DNA of 64,000 nucleotides from Octopus vulgaris (Eukaryota), in NCBI GenBank assembly GCA_951406725.2, contig OX597820.1:57412001-57476000 (forward strand). The letters are read 5' to 3'. Shown one piece after another: positions 12,100-24,870 of the stretch. Under the pieces are notes generated by a model. That model had not been told where the DNA came from. It worked only from the letters and a program-made list of their open reading frames with translations, and made no database searches. Made by a program: the position numbers and the translations under genes. Every line of letters begins with the position of its first letter. Within the stretch, counting starts at the first letter, position 1.

Positions 12100-12500
12100 A
12101 TAATGCTGCTGCTGCTGCTGATGATGATGATGGTGGTGGTAGTGGTAGTGGTGGTCGTCGTGATGATGATGATGATGATGATAGTGGTGGTGATGGTGCT
12201 GCTGCTGTTGATGGTGCCGATGGCGGCGGCGGCGATGGGGGGTAGAAATTATGATACACGATGAAAAGGATGATCATGATGATCGTGATCATGATGAATG
12301 ATGACCACGTTGATAATGATGAAGATGATGGTGACGACGACGATAACGATGACGGTGATGATGATGGTGACGATGATGATAATGATGACGAAGATGATGA
12401 GGATGTTGACGATGATGATACGATAATGATGATGAGAGCGAGAACGATGATGACGACGATGATAATAGTGATAATAATGATGGTGATGATGATAATGATT
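12100..12500. repeat. Degenerate compound trinucleotide array (GCT/GAT/GGT/GAC)
   Basis: Direct inspection. Confidence 0.9.
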
Positions 12501-12889
12501 GAGTAGCAATTACGTGGGATATGTTAGCACACATTAACAGGAAGAGATAAGATCGCCCCGGCTACAATTTTTAAAGACATACACCCTCACACACACACAC
12601 ACACACACACATACACACATACACACACAGAAAGTACTAAATGCACCAGTGGAGTATGATTGATATGCCATGTCTCCCGTTCGGAAAGCATATATCCATC
12701 ATCATGAAAATGGGAAAATGGAATCACCTCATATACAAAGATGTACTGATTGAAGTGGAGAAAAAAAGTAGGGCATGACTATACGAATAGTGATTCTCAC
12801 TGTGATCGGAGCTTTGTAGAGATAAGAACGAATGAAGTGCATTACCAGAGTACTCTTCAGGCTCAAAGAACTAAAGAAAATAGCTAAGG

Positions 12890-13239
12890 TAGTGGTTCCC
12901 ATCGGAGAACAATATGCCCCCTGAGGGTCCATATAAGATTTTGGGGGATTCCATATAAAAATAGTAAACTGGGGACCAACAGTAGTATTTTAAGGGGCCC
13001 TGAAAGAATTTTGCTTTAGATGTATGTATTGGTGTGTATTGCAAGAAACGGCAAGGTTTCTTTCTCTAACATTTTACATAGTTCAACCTACACAAGTCAA
13101 TGTGTGAACAACAAAACAGAGGAGTTCTGAAAGAAATATCTATAAAACTAGTTTATAAGCATCGAATGGCTATGGGGGTCCTTAAGAATAGGATTGTAAT
13201 AAAAAGGGGGCCATAGTTAAAAGTAGTTGAGAAACCCTG
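12890..13239 (+). mobile_element. hAT/Charlie-type MITE, with a partial tandem copy at ~13275-13495
   Basis: Ends (C)AGTGGTTCCC...GTTGAGAAACCCTG followed by CTTTAGAT. 13025-13235 is repeated at 13277-13493. Confidence 0.72.
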
Positions 13240-13668
13240 CTTTAGATGGAAATCAGAAAATGAATATGGAGGAGGTATGTATTGGTATGTATTGCAAGAA
13301 ACAGCTTGGCTTCTTTCTCTAACATTTTACATAGTTTAACCTACACAAGTCAATGTGTGAAAAACAAGGATGGAAGTTTGAAATACGTATATATAAGACT
13401 AGTTGATAAGCATCGAATTTCCAGACGGTCCACCAGAATAAAATAATAATCAAAGAGATCTATAGGTAAAAAAAAAAAAACGGTTGAGAACCCTTGAGTT
13501 AAATGGAAGATTACCTGTAACTTTAAGAAAATTTCAAACGATAATATTCTACAGCTAAACTAAAATGAACAGACTTACATTAGTGTACACGTATACATAT
13601 ACATGTATACATATACATGTATACATATACGTGTATATGTACACGTATACATATACATGCACATATGC

Positions 13669-13711
<43 letters not shown>

Positions 13712-13993
13712 GTATGTATATATTATATGTGTATGTATATATTATATATGTATGTATATATATATTTATTACACACATACACACACATATATACGAAACT
13801 TTTTCTAGTAAAGCGTTAAGCTAAAGTCTTTTTGTTAAACTTTGTCCTTCCTATGTTACCCAATTTTGTTTATTGTATTTACACCACTATGTATATATAT
13901 GTGTACATGTAAATATATATATATACATATATAAATGTGTGTATATATATATATACATATATATATATATACATATATAAATGTGTGTGTGTG

Positions 13994-14024
<31 letters not shown>

Positions 14025-14037
14025 ATATATATGTATG

Positions 14038-14068
<31 letters not shown>

Positions 14069-14079
14069 TTAGTATGAAA

Positions 14080-14530
14080 AGTATGAGCAGGCTCATAAGC
14101 TTAAATAGTTAATTAATTTGGCCAAATGGGTGGGATAAGGGCGTAGAGGAATGTGCTATGGGCGTACCGAATAGAATGAACAGTGGAAGACTTGTAAACA
14201 ATTAATCGGCATTACCAAAAGAATGGAATAGTAACATGACCTAGTTCTTCTGAACTACTCCTATCCCTTTTAGTTACTTTGAGAACAGAATCCAAGACAC
14301 ACATGCTGCAACTCAATCGGAATAAACCCTTCATCCGTTAGGATGGGATAAATATCAATCAGTTATGCCCCGATGAGGCTTTTTGCTTTCTCCGACTTCA
14401 TAATGCACTTTAAAAGTGCAAATATAAATGACGGCAATCAGCCGAACGCAGCGTAGGCAATATGAATGAACTTATTAATTTGATTGGACTATAATAAATT
14501 GATTACTCTATGTGTGTATTCTCCATTTCC
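14080..14530 (+). mobile_element. Penelope-like 3' relic: GIY-YIG C-terminus-like TLHPLG..GIN, then a hammerhead-like motif at 14363-14462
   Basis: ACC CTT CAT CCG TTA GGA near 14327; then TGCC-CCGATGA-GGCT..long stem..AGCC-GAA-CGCAGCG-TA-GGCA. Confidence 0.55.
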
Positions 14531-14539
14531 CTTGAATTT

Positions 14540-14700
14540 TAAAAGAAGACAAAAGACAAAGACAGGTGGTGTAGACAACAAACAGATGTTTAACGCTCGG
14601 GAAGTGAAAAAGTCTTTAACGTTTCCACCCTACGCTCTTCCACAGAAAGGAACACAGAAACAAGGAGAGAAAATAAAGAATGTGTAGTGGCTAGCGTTTT
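14540..14700 (-). repeat. Penelope-type terminal repeat (family H2), degenerate
   Basis: Reverse complement is homologous to 35630-35755 and 36740-36925. Further pieces lie at 1-55 and 15005-15066. Confidence 0.65.
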
Positions 14701-14744
<44 letters not shown>

Positions 14745-14940
14745 CATACACTCACATATATATATTATTTTACACGTGTTTCAGTCATTTGACTGCGGCC
14801 ATGCTGGAGTAGCGTCTTTAGTCGAACAAAACGATCCCAGGGCTTTGGTAAGCCCAAGGCTATAGCAGAAGACACTTGCCCAAGGTGCCACGCAGTGAGA
14901 CTGAACCCGAAACCATGTGGTAGGGAAGCAAGCTTCTTAT

Positions 14941-15002
<62 letters not shown>

Positions 15003-15160
15003 TTAATGAGAATTTACAAAAAACAAAAGACGAAGGCGGGTGTGTAAACAACAAACAGATGTATTGCCATATATATATATATGTATGTATATATATATAT
15101 GCCAAATGATAAACGGAAGATGGAATATATGAGAATTTATATATATATACATACATACAT

Positions 15161-15227
<67 letters not shown>

Positions 15228-15542
15228 TGTATGTATGTATGTATGTATGTATGTATGTATGTATGTTTGTATGTATACTTGTATGTATGTAATATATATT
15301 AATTTATTTCTGAATGTTGATATCTTTAATGTTTTAATATATTGTATTACGTTTTTAGCTCACTCCGTTGTACATGTATGTGCATGTATATATGTGTATG
15401 TGCATATATTTGTATATATGTATGTATGTAGGCATATATGTATGCATGTATGTATATACATATATATATATATATGGGTTCTTTTGACAAATAAAAACTA
15501 TATTCTTATCATAATCTTTATCATTATTATTGCTGTTGTTGT

Positions 15543-15658
<116 letters not shown>

Positions 15659-17039
15659 TTATTATTATTATTGTTATTATTAATTCTCCAAGGTGATATT
15701 TAGACAGAGGGCTTTCATCAATCTATCATATATGATATTGGCTGTCCAAATTCTTTTTTTTTGCAACAAGACCTCTAGATTTGACTTCCCCTCGGGGTGT
15801 CGGTGGTGGTCGTGGAAGTTTACTTTCCGTCCTTAATACATACAGTTATTCATCAACGTACAATACACATTTAGTACAAAAACATTGGTTATATGATGGA
15901 TCGATAGGAAATATTATTTTGGCAATAAGGAAGCCATCAAAGTGATAATGTTTTTTTTTTTCCTTTTCCTTATCCTGAATATTTATATATATATATATAT
16001 ATATATGTTTTTGCTTAGTAAGATGGCTTCTAGCACAAAATATCAGATTCAATGAATGGCAAGAATGTCTTCCGGATCTTCGTATCATTCAGGCACCATG
16101 AGAGAAAAACCAATAAGTGAATAAATAAATAAATAAATAAATGAACCATAGACTGTCAGAGGAGTAAATAAATTGTGGAATATGTAAACAAATTAAAGGA
16201 AACTAGAAAACAAGAATAAAAAGTTGGATTGTTAAGTTAATGACTTCTTTCTATGTAAAGATAAATCAATAATTTGGAGGTTCGGAGTTACGGTTCGAAT
16301 TAAATTCTGATAAGTGATTCATGTCTTCATTTCTTGCGATTCTAAGTCCGAAAGTATGGAAGACCAACCAACGGCAGATAGAGATAAACAGTTCTTATTC
16401 TGTCATTGTCAGCTAGCATACATCTACTGCAAATGAATTATTGTGGTGGTGTTTAACCCCAGGTTTGAACAAAAAGCATACCCATTATGTTTTTTTCATC
16501 TTTCGGTGTTTTTCCTGGTATTCCTGTACCTAAAACCAGAATGTATATACACTATGTATTAGCCGAAGCCTTTATAAGTCTTAAAAATGAAATCTGACAC
16601 TGCCTACGTAGATAGTGTAGTGGATAAAGGCTCTGAAATCCAGAGCAATCACCTAGACGTTCTGAGTTCAATACCGGCAAGGCGAATCACAAGACACCTG
16701 AAAAAGGCAGGAGAGTACACAGCCGAAACGTAGTTAAAGCAACAATCAAAATGAGGAAACCACGACGATTAATGTATAACACGTAAATTCCTTATCTCAG
16801 AAATCTTGAGAAGATTTTAATTTAAATCATTTTAAAATAGAACGTTTATCAGAAGACCAAGAGTGGTCTCACGCAGTTTGAGAGTGAATTAACTGCTAGT
16901 TCTTGCAAGGAGAGCGACCACATTGAAGTCCTCTCAGTCAGTCGTTATTTCGTTTCTGAGCGATGGATAAAGGCATGTCCGAATGGTCACAAAATTCATT
17001 TCGAAATCATAACCTTTCAGGTAATTGATCCCATTGCGT

Positions 17040-17330
17040 CTTATCTTGGGCAACTGTTTAATGCTGTGGTGTGAGTGGAGTATGGACCAAGCCTTGTGAG
17101 TGAAGTTGAGCAGACGGAAACTGTACTGAAGCTTGATGACTGGCTTGTGTCTCTAATTCAAATATCCAACCTTGGCATGCACTGTACCACGCTGATTCTA
17201 CATGAGGGGAACCTTAAAGGTTCTATTAACTGTGGAATACTCAGCAACTTGGACGCTGTTTCATTGACGGGGTAAGGGTCAGTTGAACGAACAACTGGAA
17301 TACTCACCATCGTAACTGACGGAGATCCAT
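17040..17330 (+). mobile_element. Old SINE with a B-like 5' part and tail X
   Basis: GACCAAGCCTTGTGAGTGAAGTTGAGCAGACGGAAACTG joined to ..TGTGGAATACTCAGCAACTT..CATCGTAACTGACGGAG. Confidence 0.6.
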
Positions 17331-18122
17331 TTACATCGCCAGAATCAACTCTGATTAAGCAAATCTGTGAAAAACCAACGATAAAACCATACTTATTGTT
17401 CCAGATATATCATCCTTCCCTCTAAATGAGGACAATAATGTTCAGACATACAGTGGTTATTCGTACATTACTACAACATGCAGTCACACACTCATGTATG
17501 CATGCATACATACATACATACATGCATGCATGCATACATACCTACATACATACATACATATTCCAATGAAAGAACCTTGGATCTAGGTTAGAAACCGGCT
17601 CTTTCTCTATTGGCAAGAAATCTTGAAATAAAACTGAATAATGACATACATACATATATACATATATGCATACATACATACACACATACATACACACATA
17701 CATACATACATACATACATACATACATACATACATACATACATACATACATACATACATACATACATACATACATACATACATAAGTCTTTGCAGTGTTG
17801 TAATGTTTTGTCAATTTTGTTGCTCATGTTATATATAGATGTGTGAGTAAACAAACAAACGCATTCACACACACACACGCACACACACATTTATTGGATA
17901 TGGAAAGTTTTTGCGATTAGAAATTCCCATATACAATCACACACATACGACGGCAGTTATTCAAATTTTTCCTTTCTTTTTTTTTTTTTTTTTAAGTGGC
18001 GACGGGAGTGTTTGTTGTGCAAATTTGAAATGACAAACTAATTTCAAAATTAAATATATCCAATTTCAAGGAAATGAGTCAAACTGTTTTAGAAAATTAT
18101 CTAACGTCAGACAAAAAAAAGT

Positions 18123-18170
<48 letters not shown>

Positions 18171-18666
18171 GAAAAAGCAAATAGTTTAAAATATATAAAC
18201 AGCTTTTGGAAAATTCTCAAATTGCTCCATGTAAAATATCTGAGATGGCTGCACAAAGAATTTAGTGTTGCACTTCAGTGGAGTTGGTTATTTTGTTAAG
18301 ACAATGCTAGGTGACGACGTAGAACAAGAAGCAACATTCTTCTCCCACCTGGCAAAAGTTGTAGCTCCGGATATCTTCTGTCTTTTAAATGTTTCAGTCA
18401 CTGGACTGTGGCCAGGCTGGGGCATTGCCTTGAAAGCTTTTAGTCGAACAAATCGATCCCCCAGTGTTTAATTTTGTTTATAAGCAGGTTACTTATTCTA
18501 TCGAAGTCTTTTCCCTATTCGCTAAGTAATGGGGATGTAAACAAATCAACACTGATTGCCAAGAGATGGTAAGGGGGCAATCACAAAGATACATACACAT
18601 ATATATACGAATTATGTATACAATCACACATACATACATACATACATACACTCCCACATATATATT

Positions 18667-18724
<58 letters not shown>

Positions 18725-19939
18725 GGGGAGAGAGAGAGACATAGATAAATAAAATGTAGTTAGAAATGCATGCGTGGCGTTCAATCGTAAAATAATATAA
18801 ATAATTTATATATGTGTATGTGTGTGTGTAAGCATGTATGTATATACTTGCATATATATGTATATACACATGCATATAAGGGTACAGGACGTCATAAAAT
18901 GTAAACAACATAACATACGAAAGCATGGAATACGAACAACGAAAGACACAAATGGAAAACAAGAAAAGCAACATAAAGAACGACCCTTCATCAGTTGTCG
19001 GCTGTTTTATCTACTCCACATTTTGAGCATTTCGAAAAGATGTGCCTTCGTCAAAACAGTTGCTCCCGCAAAACAAATTAAGCAACATTAACACCGTCAA
19101 GCAAATCCCCTTCATTCACACAGATCCTATCACACACACACAGACTACTTACGCAAACCAAACACATACAGTTAATACCACACACACACACACACAGAGT
19201 TAATACTACATACACACACACGATACCACACACATACACCGCGCACACACATTATCACACACACAGTTGCCACCACATGCACACATGCTACCATGCACAC
19301 ATGCTACCATGCACACACATCCATGCTATCATACACACCACACGCTACCACACGCACACAGACGCCACCACACACACACACACATACCGACCATCTTCAC
19401 ACTCAACTGTCCCAGAAAGCACTTTGTCTTTGTCCTTCTACTTCCAGTCACTTCAAAAATGTAATCCCACGTGGATTATTGGCGATTTTCTACTTCCTTC
19501 TTTTCCTTTTGGACTTTCCTGTTTTTCCTGTTTCTGAAGAAGAAACGTAAAATAACTACTCTTTTCCTTCTCCGAGTGTCATATTAATATTTTGCTTGAC
19601 CTCAAGTTTGGTTTTTCTTTTTCTTTTTTCGTTGTTTTTCTCTGTTTTTTTTTTAATGCATTTATTGCGAGAATAATTTCTTTATTTCTGATTTTGCTGA
19701 AACTTTGTTTAAGGGTTAGTTTAAACACCAGTTACATCGATTTGAAGCCAAAAATGTAAAATTCAAAACACATTCTTAAATAAACCCAGGTGCCCTATTG
19801 TACTGCTAGGATAATAAGGGTACAAAAATACAACAGTGGTAATTTCTTCCTTTTTATTCAGTAATCAAATGTATAATATGATCCTCTTTTATAGCAGTGA
19901 AAATAACAAAAAGAGTTAGTCACGACAGTAACAGATTAT

Positions 19940-21615
19940 TTTTTATGATAATCTGCAAAACACGAGATACATAATCTCACATCGCATTTTACACTTTCAG
20001 CTCGAGTCTGTGATTTACAAATTTCCCCCTGACATTTGCTTGTTCCCAGCTACTGGTCATACATAGTGTTCAGAACCATTGTATCGCATAAAGAATCTCC
20101 TGGCTACGAAATCTTCACAAGTATGATATGGCAACTGCTCTTCGGAAGTCCAATTGATCTAATGCAGAACTCTTTTCTCGTGCTAAAATCCAAGCATTTT
20201 GAATGGAGACTTCTACAGTTCAAGTGAAAAGACTCCACCACTATTTTTCCATACGGATGCCAATGCGATACGCATTGATATTTTGGTCCATCTGATCGGT
20301 TCCTCCCATATTTTTATTGTAATTATAAATTGCCTGGGGAATTGGTACCTGTATGTGTTTTAACTTTTCCTTAGACCAGCGCTTGACTTTGTTAACAAGG
20401 TTATTCCCATGAATGGTGGATTCCACTTTCACAAGAGCGTTATCCATCCATCTGATGATTTTTATAGCCTTGGATTCCAGGACTCCGGTGACAGTCTCTG
20501 AGGAGTATCGTTCATTTTTTTTTATCAAAACAGCATTCAGAAGAAATAGGATACGAAGCATCTAATCTGTTTGCTCTCAATGTACCAGTACCATTGTATC
20601 CCAAAGTTTTGAGTTGACTTAGAAGTGGCACTGATGTGAACAAGTAAATGAAGTACTGTTGATGAACACTTTTCATAAGTCGATTCTAATTCGACATTTT
20701 CTCAGTGGGTCTTCCCTTGCTAGGGATCGAATGCTATTATATATCCTGCAGACGAATTTTGACACCAGATTTTGTATCCGAATCTTATAGGTTTATTGTG
20801 AATAGATTACTTGCAGCTATGCTTGCCGAAATATTCCACCATTGCTTCATCATGTGAAATACTTGGTGCTGGAACAAAATGTTCCATAAATTTCTTTTGT
20901 AAATGTGATATGAGCGGTCGCAGTTTTGCAAATTTATCACTTTTATTGATATCATCTGCTGCATTGAAGTGAAGACAACGTATTATAGCATCAAACCGGT
21001 CGCATCTCATAGCATTACTGATAGCTTCACTGAATGTATCCGATGTATGTGACCAATACATATGGCGACGAGATAATTGATTATTTCTTGAAACTATGAG
21101 AATTGCAAAGAACACTGAATTCATTCAAGGATATATTCAATCAGTCCAGTCCTTTTTCAAGCAGTATTTTGCCATTTCTTTCATTGGGTGCTCAGTTATA
21201 TCATCGTCACAGAATAGGTTAAATAATTTCACTTCACTAAAATCACTGTATTTTGAATAGTTGCACTGAAGAATAATGGGGGGCATCACTTGTGTTTCGG
21301 CGTTTTTCCAAGTAATTTGACATTTAAAAAATGTTCTTCCCCGTGCCTGAAGCCTGTCCTGTTTCAGCAGAACATTCTCTCTGCGTCACTTCGTTATCTT
21401 TTGTTATCGTACTTCGTGACTATGATTCTGCTGAGGGACGAAGTTGATTGCTTGAGAGATGATGAGTGTATTGAACGGTGTCAGCTTCATCATCTTTCTC
21501 CGAATCCTCATCTGCCAGGTGAATAACCTCCGGGAGTTCAATGAAAATATTATATGGGCCGTCATTTTCCTCTTCAAAGATACTCAAAATTTCATTCAAA
21601 GACAGTTCACGTTTC
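19940..21615 (-). pseudogene. piggyBac (PGBD3-like) transposase pseudogene
   Basis: Acidic N-terminus (LADEDS), MYWS..AMRCDRFDAIIRCLHF, DKFAKLRPL, HDEAMVEYFGKHSCK..KPIRFGYKIW, WMDN, YNKNMGGTDQMDQN..YRI, and a Cys-rich C-terminal remnant. Stops and frameshifts are present. Confidence 0.92.
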
Positions 21616-22099
21616 CTAAAAACAAATACACAATAGTGAAAAACTAGAAACTTTAACACTCGGAAAGTGCAGACCCCCGCCAAGCAGCATGCACATCCCC
21701 CTCCTCCATAGTTTGGCTTACACCAGATCCCCTTCGAAGTCTAATCATGTGTACCTTGTCCTATTTTGAACATTTCCTGAAAATTTCATGAAAATCCATC
21801 TATAACTTTTAGAGTTATGTTGCTAACAAACAAACAGACAGACAGTCAGACAGACAGTCAGACAGCCCGTATGTATGTATGTATGTATATATACGACGGG
21901 CAACTACGGTCTCTGTCTACAAAATTCACATTCAAGGTATCAGTCGGCTCGAAGCTGTAGAAGAAGACACTTGCTCATGGTGCCAAGTAGTGAACTGAAC
22001 CCGAATATCACGTGGTTGCAAAGTTAGTTTCTCTACGCCACACACCCAAGACTGTATCAAAGGAAACGTAAGCCATACTGAGCTTCGGCATTAAAATTT

Positions 22100-23060
22100 T
22101 AATTTGCTGATTGTTGTGTCAATAGACATTACCAAGAAGACATAATTAAACGTTCGTTTATTCTATTGATGAAGATCAAATTCCAAATTGTTTTTGTTTG
22201 TGTATATTTTTGTTGTTGCAAAGATGTGCCGAGCACGAAGAAAAGTAACGACATTTTTCATATTTACATTGGAAAATGAGAATTATTATGGAAGTTACGT
22301 GAATGTGTTTGTATCGATGGGGGCTCCCTCTTTCGTAGGTTGTAATGAAAGAGCGTACAACATTTATAAAAGCAAAGCTAAAACCAGGAAGTTATTTATC
22401 ACAATCCACTGCTTCCTACATAGAGATACCTTCACTGCAAAAACATTTGCAGTTATATAGAATCAAGTTTTAAACGAGTGGTTCTCACCCGGGGTCCATA
22501 TGGCCATTAGGGTTCTATGTAAGATGTTGTTGTTAGAATCTATGTGCAATAAATTGGTTATACTTAATTGGTGCTGGTTATGCTTACGTCCCTGTAACTT
22601 AAAGGTTCAGCAAAAACATTGATAGAATACTACACTTTAAAAAATAAGCCCTGTGGTCGATTTGTTTGACTAAAACCCTTCAAGGTAGTGCTCTAGCATG
22701 GCCGCAGTCAAAATGACTGAAACAAGTAAAAGAATAAAAGAAAACAAAAAGTATTTTAACAATTATTTCTATACAGTTCCTAGTAATATTTAATCATAAA
22801 AATATAATGGAACATTTTTGAACATCCAATGCTTATTAGGTTCCATTAGAGTAAAAAGGGGTCCATAGGTAAAAGGGGCCTATGTGTAAAAGGGACACAT
22901 AGGTAAAAAAAAAAATGGTTGAGAACCACTGTTTTAGATCAAGTGGTTGAAATAGTTAATTTTTATCATAATGATTGCAAAATCTGTCTATCTGAATCCT
23001 AAATATTCGGTTTGCTTTGCAATTCATCCATCTCTCCCTCTATACACAAGAGCGCATATA
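22100..23060 (+). pseudogene. hAT (Charlie/ZBED-like) transposase relic interrupted by a MITE
   Basis: GAPSFVG..TIHCFLHRDTFTAKTF..QVL|DQVVEIVNF. The peptide continues across the MITE. Confidence 0.75.
22476..22931 (+). mobile_element. hAT/Charlie-type MITE containing a SINE B 3' half (22570-22742)
   Basis: (C)AGTGGTTCTCA...TGAGAACCACTG; 8-bp TSD TTTTAAAC / TTTTAGAT. Confidence 0.8.
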
Positions 23061-23532
23061 TGCATATACGATGTATACAGACACATATGTATTTCTCAAC
23101 ATGATCGTTAAAGACATTAAACTATCACCTTCGAAAATAAAAAAAAATATTCTTCAATCTTGATAGTCAGAGTCAATTCACTATTCCAAGAGGAGCTTAC
23201 AGGCATCCAAATCATGAAAGATATTGTGTGATTGTCAAAATTTCCTGTCTGTGATTTGTTGCATATAATATCGTTTATGGAAATACAAACAGCTAAAAAC
23301 TCTGAATTTTAGTCAAATGTTACTTATGTTGCAATATTGTTTTACTTTCCGCCGAGGTCGACTTTACCTTTCCTCCTTTCGGGATCGATAAATTAAAAAA
23401 TACCAGTTGCGTACTGGGGTTGATCTAATCGACTGGCCCCCTCCCCAAAAATTTTGGGCCATGTGCCTAGACTAGAAAAGAATATTGTTTTACCTTATTT
23501 GACTCAATTCTTTCTTGCATATATACCTATGT

Positions 23533-23866
23533 GAAGGCGCGTGACCCATTGGTTACAGCTTCGAACTCAATCATGAGGCTGTGAGTTTGATTCCCGGATC
23601 GGGCTGTGTGTTATGTTCTTGAGTAAGACTTTATTTCACGTTGCTCCAGTTCTCTCAGCTATAGAAATGAATTATGACATCACTGGTGCTAAGCTGTATT
23701 GACCTTTGACTTTCCTTGGATAACATCGGTGACATGAAGAGCAAAGCTGGTATGCATGGGCGACTGCTGGTCTCCCATAAACAATCCTGCCCGGACTTGT
23801 GCCTTGGAAGGAAATTCTCTAGGTGCAATCCTATGGCCCGTCATGATCGAAGTGGGGTCCTTTCAT
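23533..23866 (+). mobile_element. CORE-type SINE (head D, tail Z)
   Basis: GAAGGCGCGTGACCCATTGGTTA..GAGTTTGATTCCC..GTTCTTGAGTAAGACTTTATTTCACGTTGCTCCAGT. The head is shared with 63270 and 55910. Confidence 0.75.
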
Positions 23867-23909
23867 ATTTATATACTTATAATGGAATGCTTACTATGAA
23901 GCATTGTGT

Positions 23910-24253
23910 AGAATATATTGTATAAAAGATAGTGAGTAAGGCCAAAACAATGCGAAATAAATGCAAGGAATATCACAAGAAAGCAAATATGTAAATTAAT
24001 GTAGACTTACTTTGTATTCAATATTTCGGGGTTATGACCCCATTTTCAAGAAATTGACGAATGTTGCCGATGTGCGATCACACACACGCACATCGGCAAC
24101 ATTCGTCAATTTCTTGAAAATGGGGTCATGACCCCGAAATATTGAATTCAAAGTAAGTCTACATTAATTTACATATTTGTTTTCTTGTGATTTACTTTGC
24201 ATTTACTTCGAATTGTTTTGGCCTTACTCACTATCTTTTATACATTATATACT
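23910..24253. repeat. Long palindrome: ~167-bp arms with a 10-nt spacer
   Basis: 23910-24076 is the reverse complement of 24087-24253 with about ten mismatches. Confidence 0.95.
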
Positions 24254-24519
24254 TATATTTCAATGAAGCAAATATTACTTATTCCGGGTAAAAAAAACAA
24301 CGGGTTTTATTAAAAGCAGACCAAAAAGATTCGTTTGTGGAGAAAATTCGTATTGACATAGACTTAAAAAATACACCGATATAAGATAGCTGTCAAGCGG
24401 GGAGAAAGTGCATTTCTATTGCGCATGAAATCCGAAAAGTGCCTCTGCTTTTTCCCGTTTTTTTCTAAAATTTTTTTTTTAAAGAAGTATATCAAATTTA
24501 CTTAAATGCGTTTTGAAAT

Positions 24520-24837
24520 AATCGGACTGAATACCCGATCGCGCGGTTAAACCATTGGGAGTGAAGGACTCCTAGCCTTTGTTAGGGCATCCTTCTAGGA
24601 GAAGGTAAGTCAAGTAACTGGGATAACACCGACATAAAACCTGCGGCTCAGTGGTTACCGATGATGTTGACTTGTTCTTCTTTTCGGATTATGGCTGCTG
24701 TTGCTTAGTGAGTGAGATTGACTCAGTGCACAGCCTTTCCTCACTTTAAAAAAATCTTCTTGCACAGGCATTGCACGATAACAACATTGATTAAGCTTTG
24801 TGCAATTACCATACTTTATAACGGTGGGGCAGCCACC

Positions 24838-24838
<1 letters not shown>
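24520..24838 (+). mobile_element. Probable RTE-clade LINE 5' UTR fragment
   Basis: GTTAGGGCATCCTTCTAGGAGAAGGTAA resembles the GGCAACCAGTCTAGGAGAAGGAAAACTC motif recalled from RTE/RTEX 5' UTRs. No ORF. Confidence 0.4.

Positions 24839-24870
<32 letters not shown>

Noticed and set aside
12098-12534. Asp- or His-rich ORFs
   Set aside because: Degenerate (GAT)n array; all frames look equally low-complexity.
19705-19800. piggyBac TTAA/CCC terminus
   Set aside because: AAGGGTTA is in the wrong orientation for this end and no matching partner TIR was found.
21720-21870. Helentron/DINE-like repeat with (GACA)n, and a possible MITE at 10850-11168
   Set aside because: Both resemble recalled repeats but are single copies here without verifiable termini.
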